NCBI RefSeq assembly: GCF_000485595.1
Contig: NW_014577079.1
Coordinates: forward strand, 242,826-306,825
DNA length: 64,000 bases
Direction of reading: 5' to 3'
From: Priapulus caudatus
Taxonomy: Eukaryota
Below, one piece after another: positions 28,801-42,744 of this stretch (position 1 is its first letter; every line of letters begins with the position of its first letter). The notes beneath the pieces were generated by a model. The model was not told the origin of the DNA. It did not search any database and saw only the letters and a program-made list of their open reading frames with translations. Made by a program: the position numbers and the translations under genes.

Positions 28801-31800
28801 CGCGGTTGATCGCTTGGTAGGTTTAACTTTTTTTTTTACATCGCGGGCATAGGATCGCGCTTTTCGCATATGGAGAAATCGCCGCTTGGATTGCTAGCCA
28901 CCATACTGAGCACTCCCTATAATTCAGCTTCCTATACGGTAAAATGGACCATGTCAAGGAAATCAATCGAAGGATGGAGGATTTATAATCGGAACTGTGG
29001 GAACTTGCGTGGCAATGTGCACGACGCCGCATTGCGGATTGATGTCAAACAGTATCGCTGCCCGCGGATATAAGTAATGGGCTCAGGACGTGCTGCAGAC
29101 ATTAATCTAACAGTAAGTCTACTGACTGACAGTTCGAGGCTAAATGTATTTAGCGATGGAGATGTTCTGAACAAGATGTCGGTCTAGCTGCGTTTACGTC
29201 GCGGAGCAAATCGAAGGAAAAATACTAGTGTCGGCCACTTAGCAGAGAACATTTGCAACTTGCCAGTGACGTCCGCGGCAACCGCGCACGTCCTCCTCAC
29301 ACCAACACACAAACACACACACACACCAACCACACACAACACAACACACACACACACACACACAGAAGACAGACGAGACACAACACACACACAACACACA
29401 CCACACGCACACACACACACAACACTCACACACACAGCACACCACACACACACACACACAACACACACCACACACACACACACACACACAACACCCACAA
29501 CACACACACTCACACACACACACACACACACACACACCACACACCACTCACAACCACACACACGGCTAGTATTCAATGCGTGGCTTCATGGCCATGCATG
29601 CATCTTCCCTTTATGAACGACTGCTTCTCAATTATGAGTTGTTCGCATGTGGGTCATCCGTGCGTTTCCGTGGTTGTAGCGACTCCTTGAGGAGACCATT
29701 CCCAGATGAATGACTGCACGCGTGCGGTCACTATGCCGTTTAATTCTTAGGGGTAATAATCTAAGCACTTCACAGGTCCGGTAACTGCTCGCGCGAGCGG
29801 GAGACTGTAGCATTATGTAGCTGTATATGCATGTATATAATATCTATATATCTATATATATATATATATATATATAGTTCCGCGTTTATATATATATAGT
29901 CCAATTAAAAACAGTCACGCCCAAGCTTCTTCCTGCATGGAGATCCCACCTTTCGCGCTTATCCAACATACACGGCATTTTTGATGGGGTTCTGTGTATG
30001 TGGACATCTCTTGCATGTCTGCAATGAAAATAGTTCCGGATAATCACGTTGTACAAAACGGTAAAGGACGTCGTCAAATCAGACGTTTCTTCCGTGTGTT
30101 TTTAAACATCGCGTTTTATTGGCTGCGTCGTTAATAGTATTATTATAGATTTACTTCTTATTATTCGATACTTTTTATATTAATTATATGTATTATATGA
30201 TATATGCCGTCCAATATGACGATGTCGCATTCTGAAGAAATATATATCGCAAAGCCGAAGAAGAATTATTTTATCAGCGCGCTACCACCTACTGAATTAT
30301 AACCAGCCAGATTTTCCTTTGTCCTAATATCTGGCTATTGCTTGCGATGGGAACTCCACTGCTGGTTAAGTAGGGCATTAGGAAGATGGCAGGCAATCAA
30401 CTCTGTTGGGCTTCTTTGCTGTCAGTTCATTTGGACGCTGTCGAGTGGAGCTTGTATATATAGTGTGACAACGTGCGTGCTTGTCGTGTGGCTGTGTGCG
30501 CGTGCGGGCGTGTGTTTGTGTGTGGTTGAGCGTGAGGCGTGTGTGCCGCTGTGTCGCGTGCGTGCGGGCGTGGTTTGTAGTCGTGCGTGCGTGTGGGGCG
30601 GTGTTATGGTGGTGCGTTGGCGCTGCATACGTGTGCGTGGTTTGCGGAAATACGTGGTGCGTGCGTGCGGTCGGCGGCGCGTTTGTGTGTGTGTGCTGTG
30701 TGTGGGTGATGTGTGTGTGATGTGTGGTGTGTGTATGTGTGTGCGTTCCCGCGATCGAGGAGCGATGACATATACGAAGAAGATATCGTGTCATCGCCTC
30801 GAGCGATCTCCGTCAGAGTTCGTTTTCCGAAGATATTGGTGTCATTCGGGAGTTTCCGTGAGAAATTTCGTCTTCTAGTGTAATTTCCCTCCTCTCGCCA
30901 CGTGATGAATACATAACGCTAATATACATATAAATACACTTTAAGGTAATTATTACCCTTTGATAAATTGATAACTACTCGGTGGTTAAAAGAGCAAGTC
31001 GATGTGGAAGTTTTTGGTATGACAAGGAACGCTCGCGCTTTAACCAAGTGGAAAGTTTAACGCTGTCAAGTGGCCGCAACTAGCGCGTAATTCGCATTCT
31101 TAGTTACTGCGAATGTTCAAGGTGCCTAATTAGCTTGCTGGGTATATATTCAAGACGCGTTCGCGAATTTCAACGTGTACCGGCCGTTAAATTGAAAAGG
31201 GAAAAAACTACCATTTCTCGATTTGTGAATCATAAGGTATCTTGCGTGACTCGATCTGTTGTGTGACGACGTTTAAAAGAATTACGCATCGGCAGCGTTC
31301 AACATCAAATTGCTTATTAGGATAGATACCTCGGTCTGTTTCTTCGAACCATCGTGAATACGCAAGCGTTTTCTCGCTGTATTTCCTGCGAAGCGTTATT
31401 AGTCCGTGAAGGAAGCCATTCATGCAGCTCACGACGGCGCGGCACTCAAGGATCTGGAGCTATTGTGGGCAATTGTTAGCGAGAAAAGCGCTTCAGAGCT
31501 GCGGTATGAGCTCATGTTTACGCTCGCACGAGCTGAGTAATAAAAGGATCGGTCGTCAAAACACTATCGGTTGGTATCTAACGTGGATTAATGCAACATT
31601 CATGCACCTTATTACGTGCACGCTGCGCGCTATCCACGAGAGTCGTGCCAGGCCTCATCTGGCGCTCGGTATTGCGTGGCGCCCGAGACCAGCTGAATAC
31701 CCCCGAGGCGGCGTTTTCAGAACATGCCGAACAATATACACGATACGATTTATGATCGTTATGGAAAGTTTACGATCGGATGATGATTACGACGCGAAAT

Positions 31801-34800
31801 ATGGCCCGGTCTCCTCTCCAGTGTTTCTGAAGTATATGAATGGGCGGACATACAAGTGAAAGGCCTGATGTCTAAAAATTTCCTGAATCGCGGGTTTGTC
31901 TTATTATTCAGTCGTACAGCATCGCTGTTTTATCTCGCGCTGAGGCAGCCGATTGTTAATATTGAATATGGGGAATCTCTCGAACCCATATGATGAGCGT
32001 TACAGGGAAGAGCTGACAAGACATCGAACCCCGCGCACGGCACGTATGCGATTGTTAGGGAAGAGGATGTTGGAATTTCTCACACAGGGATCGTGCTTCA
32101 AAACACGACGGGGCAGTGCTGTGAGCACCACTAAGCTCTCTCTCGACTCTCGCTCTCGAATGGCCAGTCGAGTTTCTGCGTTGGCGCACAGGAGGGTACC
32201 GCAGGGAGTCTCTTCACCTTGCCGACTTTACATGATGAGACTCGTAACAGAAATACACTGGTGTAAGTTATGTACGATTGAGCATTGTCCTAGACCATGT
32301 AGTGACCGTACATGTCCTTTTAGGTTTTTATCACTGCTCTAAGCTCATCACAGTATGAGTTTTGTGAACAGGTTGAATAGGTCTACTTTTGCGCATTTCG
32401 TACGTAAATGCGTTTTTTAAATAAATGTTGACTAAGTTATTGACATCGGTTCATGCACTAACGTGATATTTAGGTGGGCCATTGCTGATGAAGGATCTAT
32501 CGCCTCATGTGATAAAACCTGGATACGACTCGATCGATCTCAATGAGATCGTGATGAATTGAATTCGTCTTAGTGGTCATGATCTACGTCGCTTCGGTAG
32601 TGAGACATCGCAGAATGATGTACGTATTAGTATATGTAGGGGCGGTTAGATGTTATATAGCCTTAATTAGCAATATAGGTCTATATATAGCGTTCGCTCT
32701 GCTGCAGCGTGCGACAGAGTGAAGGGTTTCATATAATCTAATCATATAAATAGTGTAATAGTGTGAATGGTCGCTTCGGTCATAAGCGAAAATCATTCGG
32801 CTATCGCGCACTTGCTTTTGACGGACATATAAGGAAAATATCCTGAGCACTGGATAGATGCTTTCTGTGAAGCATCCTGTAAGAAATGCATTTCGGCAGA
32901 AGTTGGCGCTGTTTTATGACACAGCGTAACTATTCAGTGACAATCGTAAAAAGCGCGGCGTGGCAAATTTCTCTCGATACTTCTCAAGCAGGCAAACCTT
33001 AATGGCCTTTGCTTTTGTACTATCGTGGGGATTGTAATAACTCTGTTACAATTATTATATTCGTCCGGTGCTAATGTTAAACTGATACCCGTTGATCGCC
33101 AGTATGGTACCATAGATTATGATGACTTAGTATATATCATAGATATATAGATAAGCCGAGATAGGACAGAATGATGATGTGGACGCATAAGAGGAATAAG
33201 AACAATTTAAGTCATAACATAGCAAAATAATATCATTTATCAATAGATCTCTCACGTAGTATATATATATTTATTTATTTATTGTATTACACATCAGCAT
33301 AGGAGCTAATAATGAGCAAATCTTATTAGCTCCTGATCAGGCTATAATTGATCAGGACTTTTATCTTTTTATAATTATACGAATTGTGTGTGAGCGGATG
33401 TGTGTGTAAGGTTATTCTACGATATTGTAGCCGAAACGTATGTGACTGAGCATATTCAGTGTGCACATAGATTAATTGCCAGGCCGCAAGGAAGAAGAAC
33501 GAAACGGTCTAATACTGTTCATCTTTGCAGACATCACTCTGGTCGAAGAGCATCCCGGAAAACATGAGTTCGACTCACGGCACAGGTCGCCACGGCCCTG
33601 AATGTCCAGTCTTCGAGGCTGGAGGACCTTATTGACCTTGGCAGGAGGAGAGCATAAGATTAGCCTCTTCCTACTGGACGCTAGATGGGTCTGATGTTCC
33701 ACAGGTGAAGGATCCCCTCATCGTGGCGGTAGCAGACGAACAGTTCGTGTTTCTGATTATAGAATACATCAGGAGTGTATCAAAATTTTTGATACACTCC
33801 TGATAACATGGAACATGGAACATAGACGATGGGCATACTATCAAGAGCGGGATAATACCTTCATAATAGGTATGTATTAGCTCTTGATACTATAAGGAGT
33901 GTGTAATGTAGACTATTTTATTAATTAATATGTCTATTTTATACACTCCTGATACTATGATGTCGCCCAAACGTTGTAATAAAATAGCACTGGCCACGTG
34001 ATCCGTACGAGCGAGCGGCATTGGACAGGACGTGTACGTTCTTTTATGATAAAGGGTCGTTCTTAAAGAGTTACTTGCACTTGTATACTGTGTCACCTCA
34101 TGGGACGGAAATGGCAAAAGGTCATTTATAGAAGCTCTCGTCTGTATTGAGGGTGGAGCCGCTAATAGAGTTTGATGTAGTTGACAGGCTCTTTGTAAAC
34201 GGTTTTAATATTTATGATATTGTAAGCTGATAATGCTGTGAAAGTTGACGTTTTTGCAATCAGCGATTTCTAATGTTTATAGATAGATGATGTGAGAACA
34301 GTTGGCTATAACACGCCTTCACTAGACTTGTAGACTGGTGAATTGATAACGTTTTTTTTAGAGGAAGTATGGTGTTAGTTATTTGAATTTAAATTCTTGA
34401 AAGCAAATTAAATGTAGATGCAATTTAAACGATTTCTCGTCGTCTATTTGGGGAAATTGGATTTGTACTTAATTATGAATACGAATTGTTGGCATTCGGG
34501 CAATTTTTTATTTCTAATAACTCTAAAATACTTTAAGAGATATACATTGCTTTGCGTACATATATACATTATAACTTACGATGTATATGATGTTATCCTA
34601 GCTACCTAATGCATCGAGATTCATGTCCTATCTGCCGCGATCCCTTCGCTGATGGCTACTTCTAGTATAAAATCCTTGTAGTTAAACCCCTTGAGGCTTG
34701 CATGGATCTTACAAATTATATATTACAGCGAAGTGAGCTGGCGGGGTACGGTTGTTGCCAGAGAAGGCCTCTTCAAGGCAATAGCCTATACGATATGTTT

Positions 34801-37800
34801 GTGCTTTTAGATGTTATTCTTCTTCTCTACTGACTTTATCGCTCGCAATGTTCGGAAGTTGCACCCGAAGAGCACATGTTCAGTTTGCAGCTAGGATAGA
34901 AAAATTCGCTAAATGTTGTCTAATGTACGAATGAAAGCCTGTCATTCCAACTGCACGCCGTGAGATCCGATACTAACCTTATTGAAAGCATCATCGGGAT
35001 GTAATGTTGCGATGGCGCGTGTGGGGGCGATCGGTGTCTTGTAAGTTAATTTGTTGAGGTGCCAGGTATCCCTCTGCGACACTCGCTATTGCAAATGGAC
35101 CTACCAAGTCCACGTCTCCTGCCAAGTTGTGACTCCAACTATCAGGCATGGAATCTCTATGCTAGCCGTGCGTGATCGCGCGAGTGTTCCGTGGTTTGTG
35201 TCTGCGTGTGCGTGTATTGTGCTGGCGTGCGTGCGTGCGGCGTGCATGCTGTGTGTGTAGCTGACCCCGCTGCGTGCGTGCCGAGTGCGTGCCGTACGTG
35301 CGTCGCGACGTAGTGTCGTCGTGATTATATCAAACCGTTTTCGGTAAAACTGTGACTTACCTATTCCCGTTATTGAATTACGTGGAAAGCGAAGCTTCGT
35401 ACTTGCGTTGTATACGCGGCAGCAACATTCGTTAAGGCGAGTCGTGGAGAGGACACCGATGTCACGGATACCGTGGGTCAAAAAGAAACTCTACGCGTTC
35501 CTTGAGCCGCTATGCACAAGTGACAATAACTCTGGCTACGATTACTAACAATACTGACACCGAACGTTTGTTGCCAACGTTGAAAGGGCGTTTCTTTTAA
35601 CATTAGAGATGGGAACGGAGGAGGGCAGAGTCTGGACTTTCTGATAACTTTCAGAGTTCGTTCTGGTTGCTCAGTCGGGAAAAAATTAATTCTTTAGTTA
35701 CGATTTCATTCGTTTTTCTTGGTCCTGACAAGGTGTATGTTTATTCTCGCGTTGGCGCTTTCTTCTTTCTAGGGAGAGATAAATTGAACTCTCAACAGAG
35801 AAAGATAGTGCGGCAAGTGATCCTATACTAGTTGTACAATCGGAAAACGGAGAATACGTGCCTATTTCACAACATGATATCGATTCATTTCGTTACTTTG
35901 GGCCTGCAGTCTAGAATAATGTTAAAAACAAACCAAAGGCTTGTCAATCTCCACGTGTATCTAGGCTGAGATATTGGGGCTCGTAAACTTCCCCTCCCAG
36001 GCTCCGGGAGCCTCGCATACACATGAATTCATGAGCTTGATCTAGGTAGTACTAAGCTGGCCAGCATGTTGTTATTTATAATAATTGCTAAGTTATAGCC
36101 AAAGGTGATGGTTTAATTCATCCGAGTGGGCCATTTCGCGAGTGTTGAAGCAGCAAGCTAGTGCGATTTGAGTGAATATCTCCTGGACAAGCAAGAGACT
36201 GATGACAGTGTTCTCAACGGTGGGCCGCGGACACTGGTGGGGCCGCGAAGCTCTCCTATGGTGGCCGCGACACTCGGCCAGAAAAAAATTAAAAAAAGAG
36301 ACTTATCTACGGACGAGTACTCTGAAGCTTCATCTTGCAGAAAGACGCTTCATTCATGCTGATACTTGCCAAGCAAATTGGAATCCCCTTCACTGTCAAA
36401 CGCGTGCAGCACCTTTCTCGATTACATTCACCAAACTATCTTGTGGTCTGGACTTATCCAGCTTGTAACTGTGGCAAAATCAAAAGCACGAAACGTCTCA
36501 AAGCAGCACTCTTAATGCACATTGCGCTGCGTGAGCTGTCCCCACAATACACCAGCGACCTTGATCTTATCTTAGTTCCAGAAAGCAAGCTTCAAGTTGT
36601 CTCATTAGAAGTTTGCAAGAATGAGTTTTAATTCAGTTTTAGTAGAAAAATTTAAATTTCCATTGTATTTTTCTTGCCTCATTATATGGCTTAGCTGGGC
36701 CGCGAAAAGGTCAACAGTCTAAGTTCGGCAGACGCCCGCGTTTAAAAAGGTTGAGAAGCACTGACCTAATGCATTCCCTGTCTGAAGGAATATATCACGT
36801 GGAGACTTTTGGGAGATTTTTTGTGTGCGTGGATTTGATAAATAATATGTCACGATATATATATAAAAAACCGCTGCCCTGTAATGACTTCACACACAAA
36901 TTTTGGCCACACATTTTTTTGCATTCTCATGTCAACAAGTCTTGCGTCCTCAATACAGAGGCAAATCAAATACTGGTGAATAATCGATTAGCTTCTGGTG
37001 ATATTTAGTGCTCATGATTACAGAGACACGTGTTCTGTTATTAGGAGCTAGTAATGATATGCGTGGCAGTGCTGCATGGTGATAATTACTGATAGGTAGA
37101 TAATGTCTTCCGCAGGGCGAGAAGATATTTGAAAAGCTTGTGAGGGCTGGAAAGGAACGTGGCATCAAGATTCGAATAGCACAAGATCAACCGTCAGAAT
37201 ACCAACCAGACATAGATACACAGGAACTGCATGACATGGGTGCGTGCTGATCCGAAAACGGGAACGAACCGAGAAATTCTGAAAGGGACAGGAGGGGTGG
37301 ATGCAGAGCGAAGAGGGTAGCGTGTACCCCTACCCCCGTATATGTTTAGAGGATGGAGTTGCACTCTAAATGATGTTTTGAAGTGTTTTTCTTCATTTCA
37401 ACTGAAACAAGTTACTGCCACATAGAAAAATCCGACCGGCAATCATAAATGTCTTGGCCCCTGGGCCGGGGCCGTTACAAATACAAATGTTTACTGTCAG
37501 CAAAAGATCTCATTTTATTTTTGAATATAATATAACGGCATACCTGACGTCGACAATTGGACACATTTTGAATCTTTATTTGTTTCAGGTGTAGCCCAGG
37601 TCAGATCACTAAACTTTAACAAGTTGATAGGTGCCGGGATATTACACACGAAGATGTGGCTGGTGGATAATAAACACTTCTACATAGGCAGTGGAAATCT
37701 AGACTGGCGGTCACTAACGCAGGTAGGTGATCAAACACCCTATACTATTAATTAACCGTATAATCAAAAATATTAATAACTTTCAAATAAGCAATTTAAG

Positions 37801-38715
37801 ATTTTTCTCTAAGCAAAAGTATCATCTGATTGGTCTAAGGGCTGACGTTTGGTTTGGAGAGCATATATTTCTATTTTTTCGCAGAGCTTAGTTGGAATAT
37901 AGGGCGGGCATAGTTCTAGATCTGCTCGCATAACTTTATGTTATGTAATGAATCCGTACAACACAAAATAATTCACAACCCACTCCACCAAATACCTAGT
38001 ATTAATTGCATCTAATTACGAGTCTTACGCTCTAAAGTATAGCATGCATCGCGTGACGCGTTGGTTAGGGTTGGTCATTTATATACCCCTAACACGAAAC
38101 CGCCGTGTGTAATGCCGTTTGTTTAAATTTTTGTGTATTTTTTGGCACCTCCAGTAAAATCATAACAAAATAATTTTTTGTCAATTTTTTTAGACATATG
38201 GCTCCCCCTGACCTTCCTGCCTATTCATTCCGTGTCGATATCCTCATGTGGCAGCTCTATTAGTTTAACAGATTGCAATAGCGCGTACTTCTTTCAAAGC
38301 TACTACGCGGAGACTGACTCAGCACATCATAATAACTGTAACATATAGAGCGCTGTATTGCGGGCGTTGTTGGCTCATGGCGTATATATTATCAGGAGTA
38401 GATATATTATATATTATCAGGAGTCGTCCCTATTATCTACTCCTGATATTATATAAATTCTATGGTTTTGAGTGCATCATTTTCTGATTCGTTCCGCTTG
38501 CCCTTTGTCAGTAAAATGTGGCTATGCTTGTTGAGCGTGTGCGTGCGCACATGCATACGTGCGTGCGTGCATTCGTGTGCAATGCAATGACATATTACAC
38601 GCAGGTGTATTTGCATTCATTGCCAGCGCACGTATAGCGACCGCATTTTCCCCTCGTATGATCCAGACGAGAGCGACATGGCAACGCCACCGGCACACAT
38701 ACACACACGCACACA

Positions 38716-38747
<32 letters not shown>

Positions 38748-39067
38748 CCCGCACACACATCCGCGCGCGCGCACGCACGCACACACAGACACGTCACCGC
38801 CTACCCCCGCGCTGCCACCGCGACCGTGCGTGCTTCAACGCGGCGCGTTTTTTAAACGTGAAATTTTGATGACGCATAAAGAAGCGTCGGCGCTTTGTTC
38901 AACAGCGGCACGGCGTACGGGCAGCAGACCGTTCATCCAAGCCTTCGGTGTATTCTATACAATCACGATGAATTTGTCGATTGAAAAAACGGAATCCCAC
39001 TCTCTTTCTCTCGTTCTCCCCTCTCTCCCCATATATATATATATNNNNNNNNNNTGTGTGTGTGTGT

Positions 39068-39120
<53 letters not shown>

Positions 39121-42100
39121 GTGCGCGTGCGAACGGCTGAAAACATACTATCGTGAAAATTCGAGGAATCGTGCGACACGTCGCCCCGGTCGATCTGAAT
39201 GAATCGGTTTCTACAAGCAAACAAAACTTGAAATCCGTAAATATTTAACTGCGTTCACGTATTTTACTCTCTCACTTGTCATCGGGGATTAATGACGAGG
39301 AAAACAGACTGCGTCTGGTTTGCCGACTGAACGGCGACACCGCCTATAACATAAACAGCTGCAACGTCGATTACATTATATCTATTTCACAAGCAGTTTG
39401 TGTATTTCATAGTGTATTTCATAGTGTACTAGCAGTATTTTCACAATGCGTCTGTTTCATAAACAGCTGTATACGTGTAATATATTATATTATATTAAAA
39501 TATAATAAAAACGTAGCAACTGTAATGATAAATATATAGAGGGCATTTTCACGAATGAAATTATATAAAATCAAACGGCACGTCACAGAATGCTATGCAC
39601 ATTGCATGCGAACTCTGAGCTACATATATCTGTCTTGTATGTATCTTTAGAGAGCAACACTACCGCACCTCCAACCAGATCCGTGCTCATATCTGTGATA
39701 TATATATATATATATACATTAAGCCCGTACCAACGTTGTGTACGGTTTGAGCACGGATCAGTGTGTGGTTTTGAGTTTGTGCCCGAGTTAACTGCGTGTT
39801 CACGCATCTTCTGCTATCGTCTGTCACCTGTTTTTAGCTATTCCTCGGAGAATTAAGCAGCACGCGTTAATCACAGTGTGTGTATCACGTCTATGCACAG
39901 GTAAAAGAATTGGGAGCTGTAGTGTACAATTGCACCTGTCTGGCTCAGGACTTAGCAAAGATCTTCGAGGTATATTGGTACTTGGGAAGACCAACCGCTC
40001 AAATTCCAGACAGGTGAACAACACGCTTTGTATGATGTAATTTATTTCGCGCGCACATTTTTTGTTGTTAAAATTGTATTTACAACGTTTTTGGTTTAGA
40101 ATAACGCAAATTTAAATGTGTTTATTTTTTGTTAAACTCATAATTGCAAGTTAATCCAATTTCACCTTCACTAGACAAAATTTTCTATTAATAAACTAAT
40201 ATCGTTAATATATTAGATTATATTATTAGTATTTATAGCGTTTATTTCTTATGTTAATTTTAGCAGCTATAACATCTTGCGGTTATATTTCTATATCGAT
40301 ATTATGTCTTTATTGAATAGTCTAATAAGAAACCGATATTATCAGTATATACTGTCAACAGTCATGCGATAAGCCCTAGCAAGTTTTTAGCTCGCCTTGA
40401 CATCGTCAAGATGAGCTATTGCCATGGGGTGTCGTCCGTCAACATTTGGCTACGGTCAACGATAACTCAAGAACCGTTTGACCCACATGTTTCAAATTGC
40501 ATACAGTTGTTACTTCTATGTGAGAGGTTTGAACGTCCTATTTTGGAGCACGCGCGCCAGTCGACCTACATTCGAGCCACGTCCACTTTTTGGCAAAAAT
40601 GAAAATGGCCATAAGTCAGTTCAGGTTCAATGAATTTTGCTCATTTCTGGTATGAGAATGAATGAGGACTGACCTCAAAACATATCACACAGGTTTGATT
40701 TTTTTTTTTAATTAGGTAGATTTTGGCAATTTCACTATGCATTTCAGTCTCTGCCTACGGTCAACGATAACTCAAGAACCGTTTGACCCACATGTTTCAA
40801 ATTGCATGCAGTTGTTACTCCTATGGGAGTTGTTTGAACGTCCGATTTTGGAGCACGCCAGTCGACCTACTTTCGAGCCATGTCCACTTTTAGGCAAAAA
40901 TGGAAATGGCCATAAGTCAATTCAGGTTCAACGGATTTTGCTCATTTCTAGTATGTGAATAAATAAGGACTGGCCCCAAAACATATCACACGGGTTTTTA
41001 TATTTTTTTAATTATGCAAATTAGGTAGATTTTGGCAATTTCACTATGCATTTCAGTGTCTGCCTACGGTCAACGATAACTTAAGAACCGTTTGACCCAC
41101 ATGTTTCAAATTGAATACAGTTGTTACTCCTATGGGAGAGATTTGGTCAACAACTCTACAATCATACCTATATACGTGTAATATTGTGTTTTAGATTCTT
41201 CGTTACAGTAATTTGACTGGAATATTTTATTGTTTTTATTTGCGCGATATTCGAAAACCAAAATGGCGATCATTTAGGCGTAGCGCCATCTCTCGTCAAG
41301 ATTTCAGACTTTCAGATCTGAAACATTTATTTTTGCATCAAAACATGCATAGGGCCTATATATCATTATCAAGAGTATATAATGGGAGGTATGCTATATA
41401 ATGGTAGTTCTCCCATATATACTCTTAATTACTTTATATATCCCCCCTCCCTCTTCTATCACACCCAAGGTGAGCTACAGTGTCACTGACACTTTCATTG
41501 TGTAATATTAATATTTGGTTTTTCAACAGGTGGCCAGTAGAGTTTGAGACAGCGTACAATCTAACGATGCCTCTCACTCTTAGCTTCAACGAGACGACCA
41601 GTACAACATTCCTAGCTGTGAGATTCAATTATTAAAAATTATATAATATGCATTAAAATTACAGGTACATGATAAAGTTATATTAGATAGATGGATGCAT
41701 AAATGAATGAATGGATGGATGGGTGGATGGATGGATGGATGGATGGATGGATGGATGGATGGATGGATGGATGGATGGATGGATGGATGGGTGGGTGGGT
41801 GGATGGATGTATGGATGCATGCATGCATGCATGCATGCATAGAGTGATAGAGGTTGGTTTAGTGTTACAATTCTTATTTCATTTGCCATCCTGTGCGCTT
41901 TGCATTTCTGGATGTAATAAAATTGCCACTTCAATGTATTTGCGGTGAATTTATGTACATTCCAGCTAACATCGAACACATCGTCAAGATGAAAGTAATA
42001 ATTTCCATAATATAGGTCATCAAAATGCATAATCTTACTCGGAATGTTGTGCATTTCCAGAGTTCACCACCGCAACTGTGTCCCACGGGTCGATCGACAG

Positions 42101-42589
42101 ACATTGATGCCATAATCCACATCATTCAGTCCGCAAAGAGATTCATTTACATAGCAGTCATGGACTACTTCCCTACATATCTTTACACGTATCCCAGGCG
42201 GTACGTATGGTCGATGGGCGTGTGAATGACGTGTTTAGCATTGTATGTCTGCTGTAGAAAGGTATAAGCCGTGTGGCAGAATTACTTGACGGGCTCAGGA
42301 TTACTTAGCTATTTATCTGAAATGCAAAACACAATAAGTGACAGGCTATGGCTGTCAACGGTTGATAACTGGGAAAAGTAGGAAGGAGCAATAGCATATT
42401 TTACAGTTTTAGCTCACATTTGGTTCACTGTGCTATCTATATTCATGAGTAAAGTGAGCCAGAGCACAAAGTTCCCTTACATCATTTTGCTGCAAATGCC
42501 AGAAGTTTCATAGGAGCAATCATTGCATTGTCGCTTAACAACAAACTAAAACAACAACAACAACAACAACAACACCAACCACCACCACC

Positions 42590-42620
<31 letters not shown>

Positions 42621-42699
42621 CCAACCACCACCACCAACAACAACAACAACAACAACAACAACAACGCCAACCACCACCACCACCACCACTACCACCACC

Positions 42700-42744
<45 letters not shown>

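Larger units (their letters stand above)
14121..36293 (+). repeat. ~11 kb direct tandem duplication (copy 1 ~14121-25187, copy 2 ~25183-36293)
   Basis: Colinear similarity along the whole length. About 17080-18570 and 28076-29570 are nearly identical (offset 10996, identical ORFs in the track). Confidence 0.93.

Noticed and set aside
40450..41140. Regular repeats as a CRISPR-like array (also the 78-bp repeat at 22890)
   Set aside because: Whole units are repeated with no unique spacers, the context is eukaryotic, and there are no cas genes.
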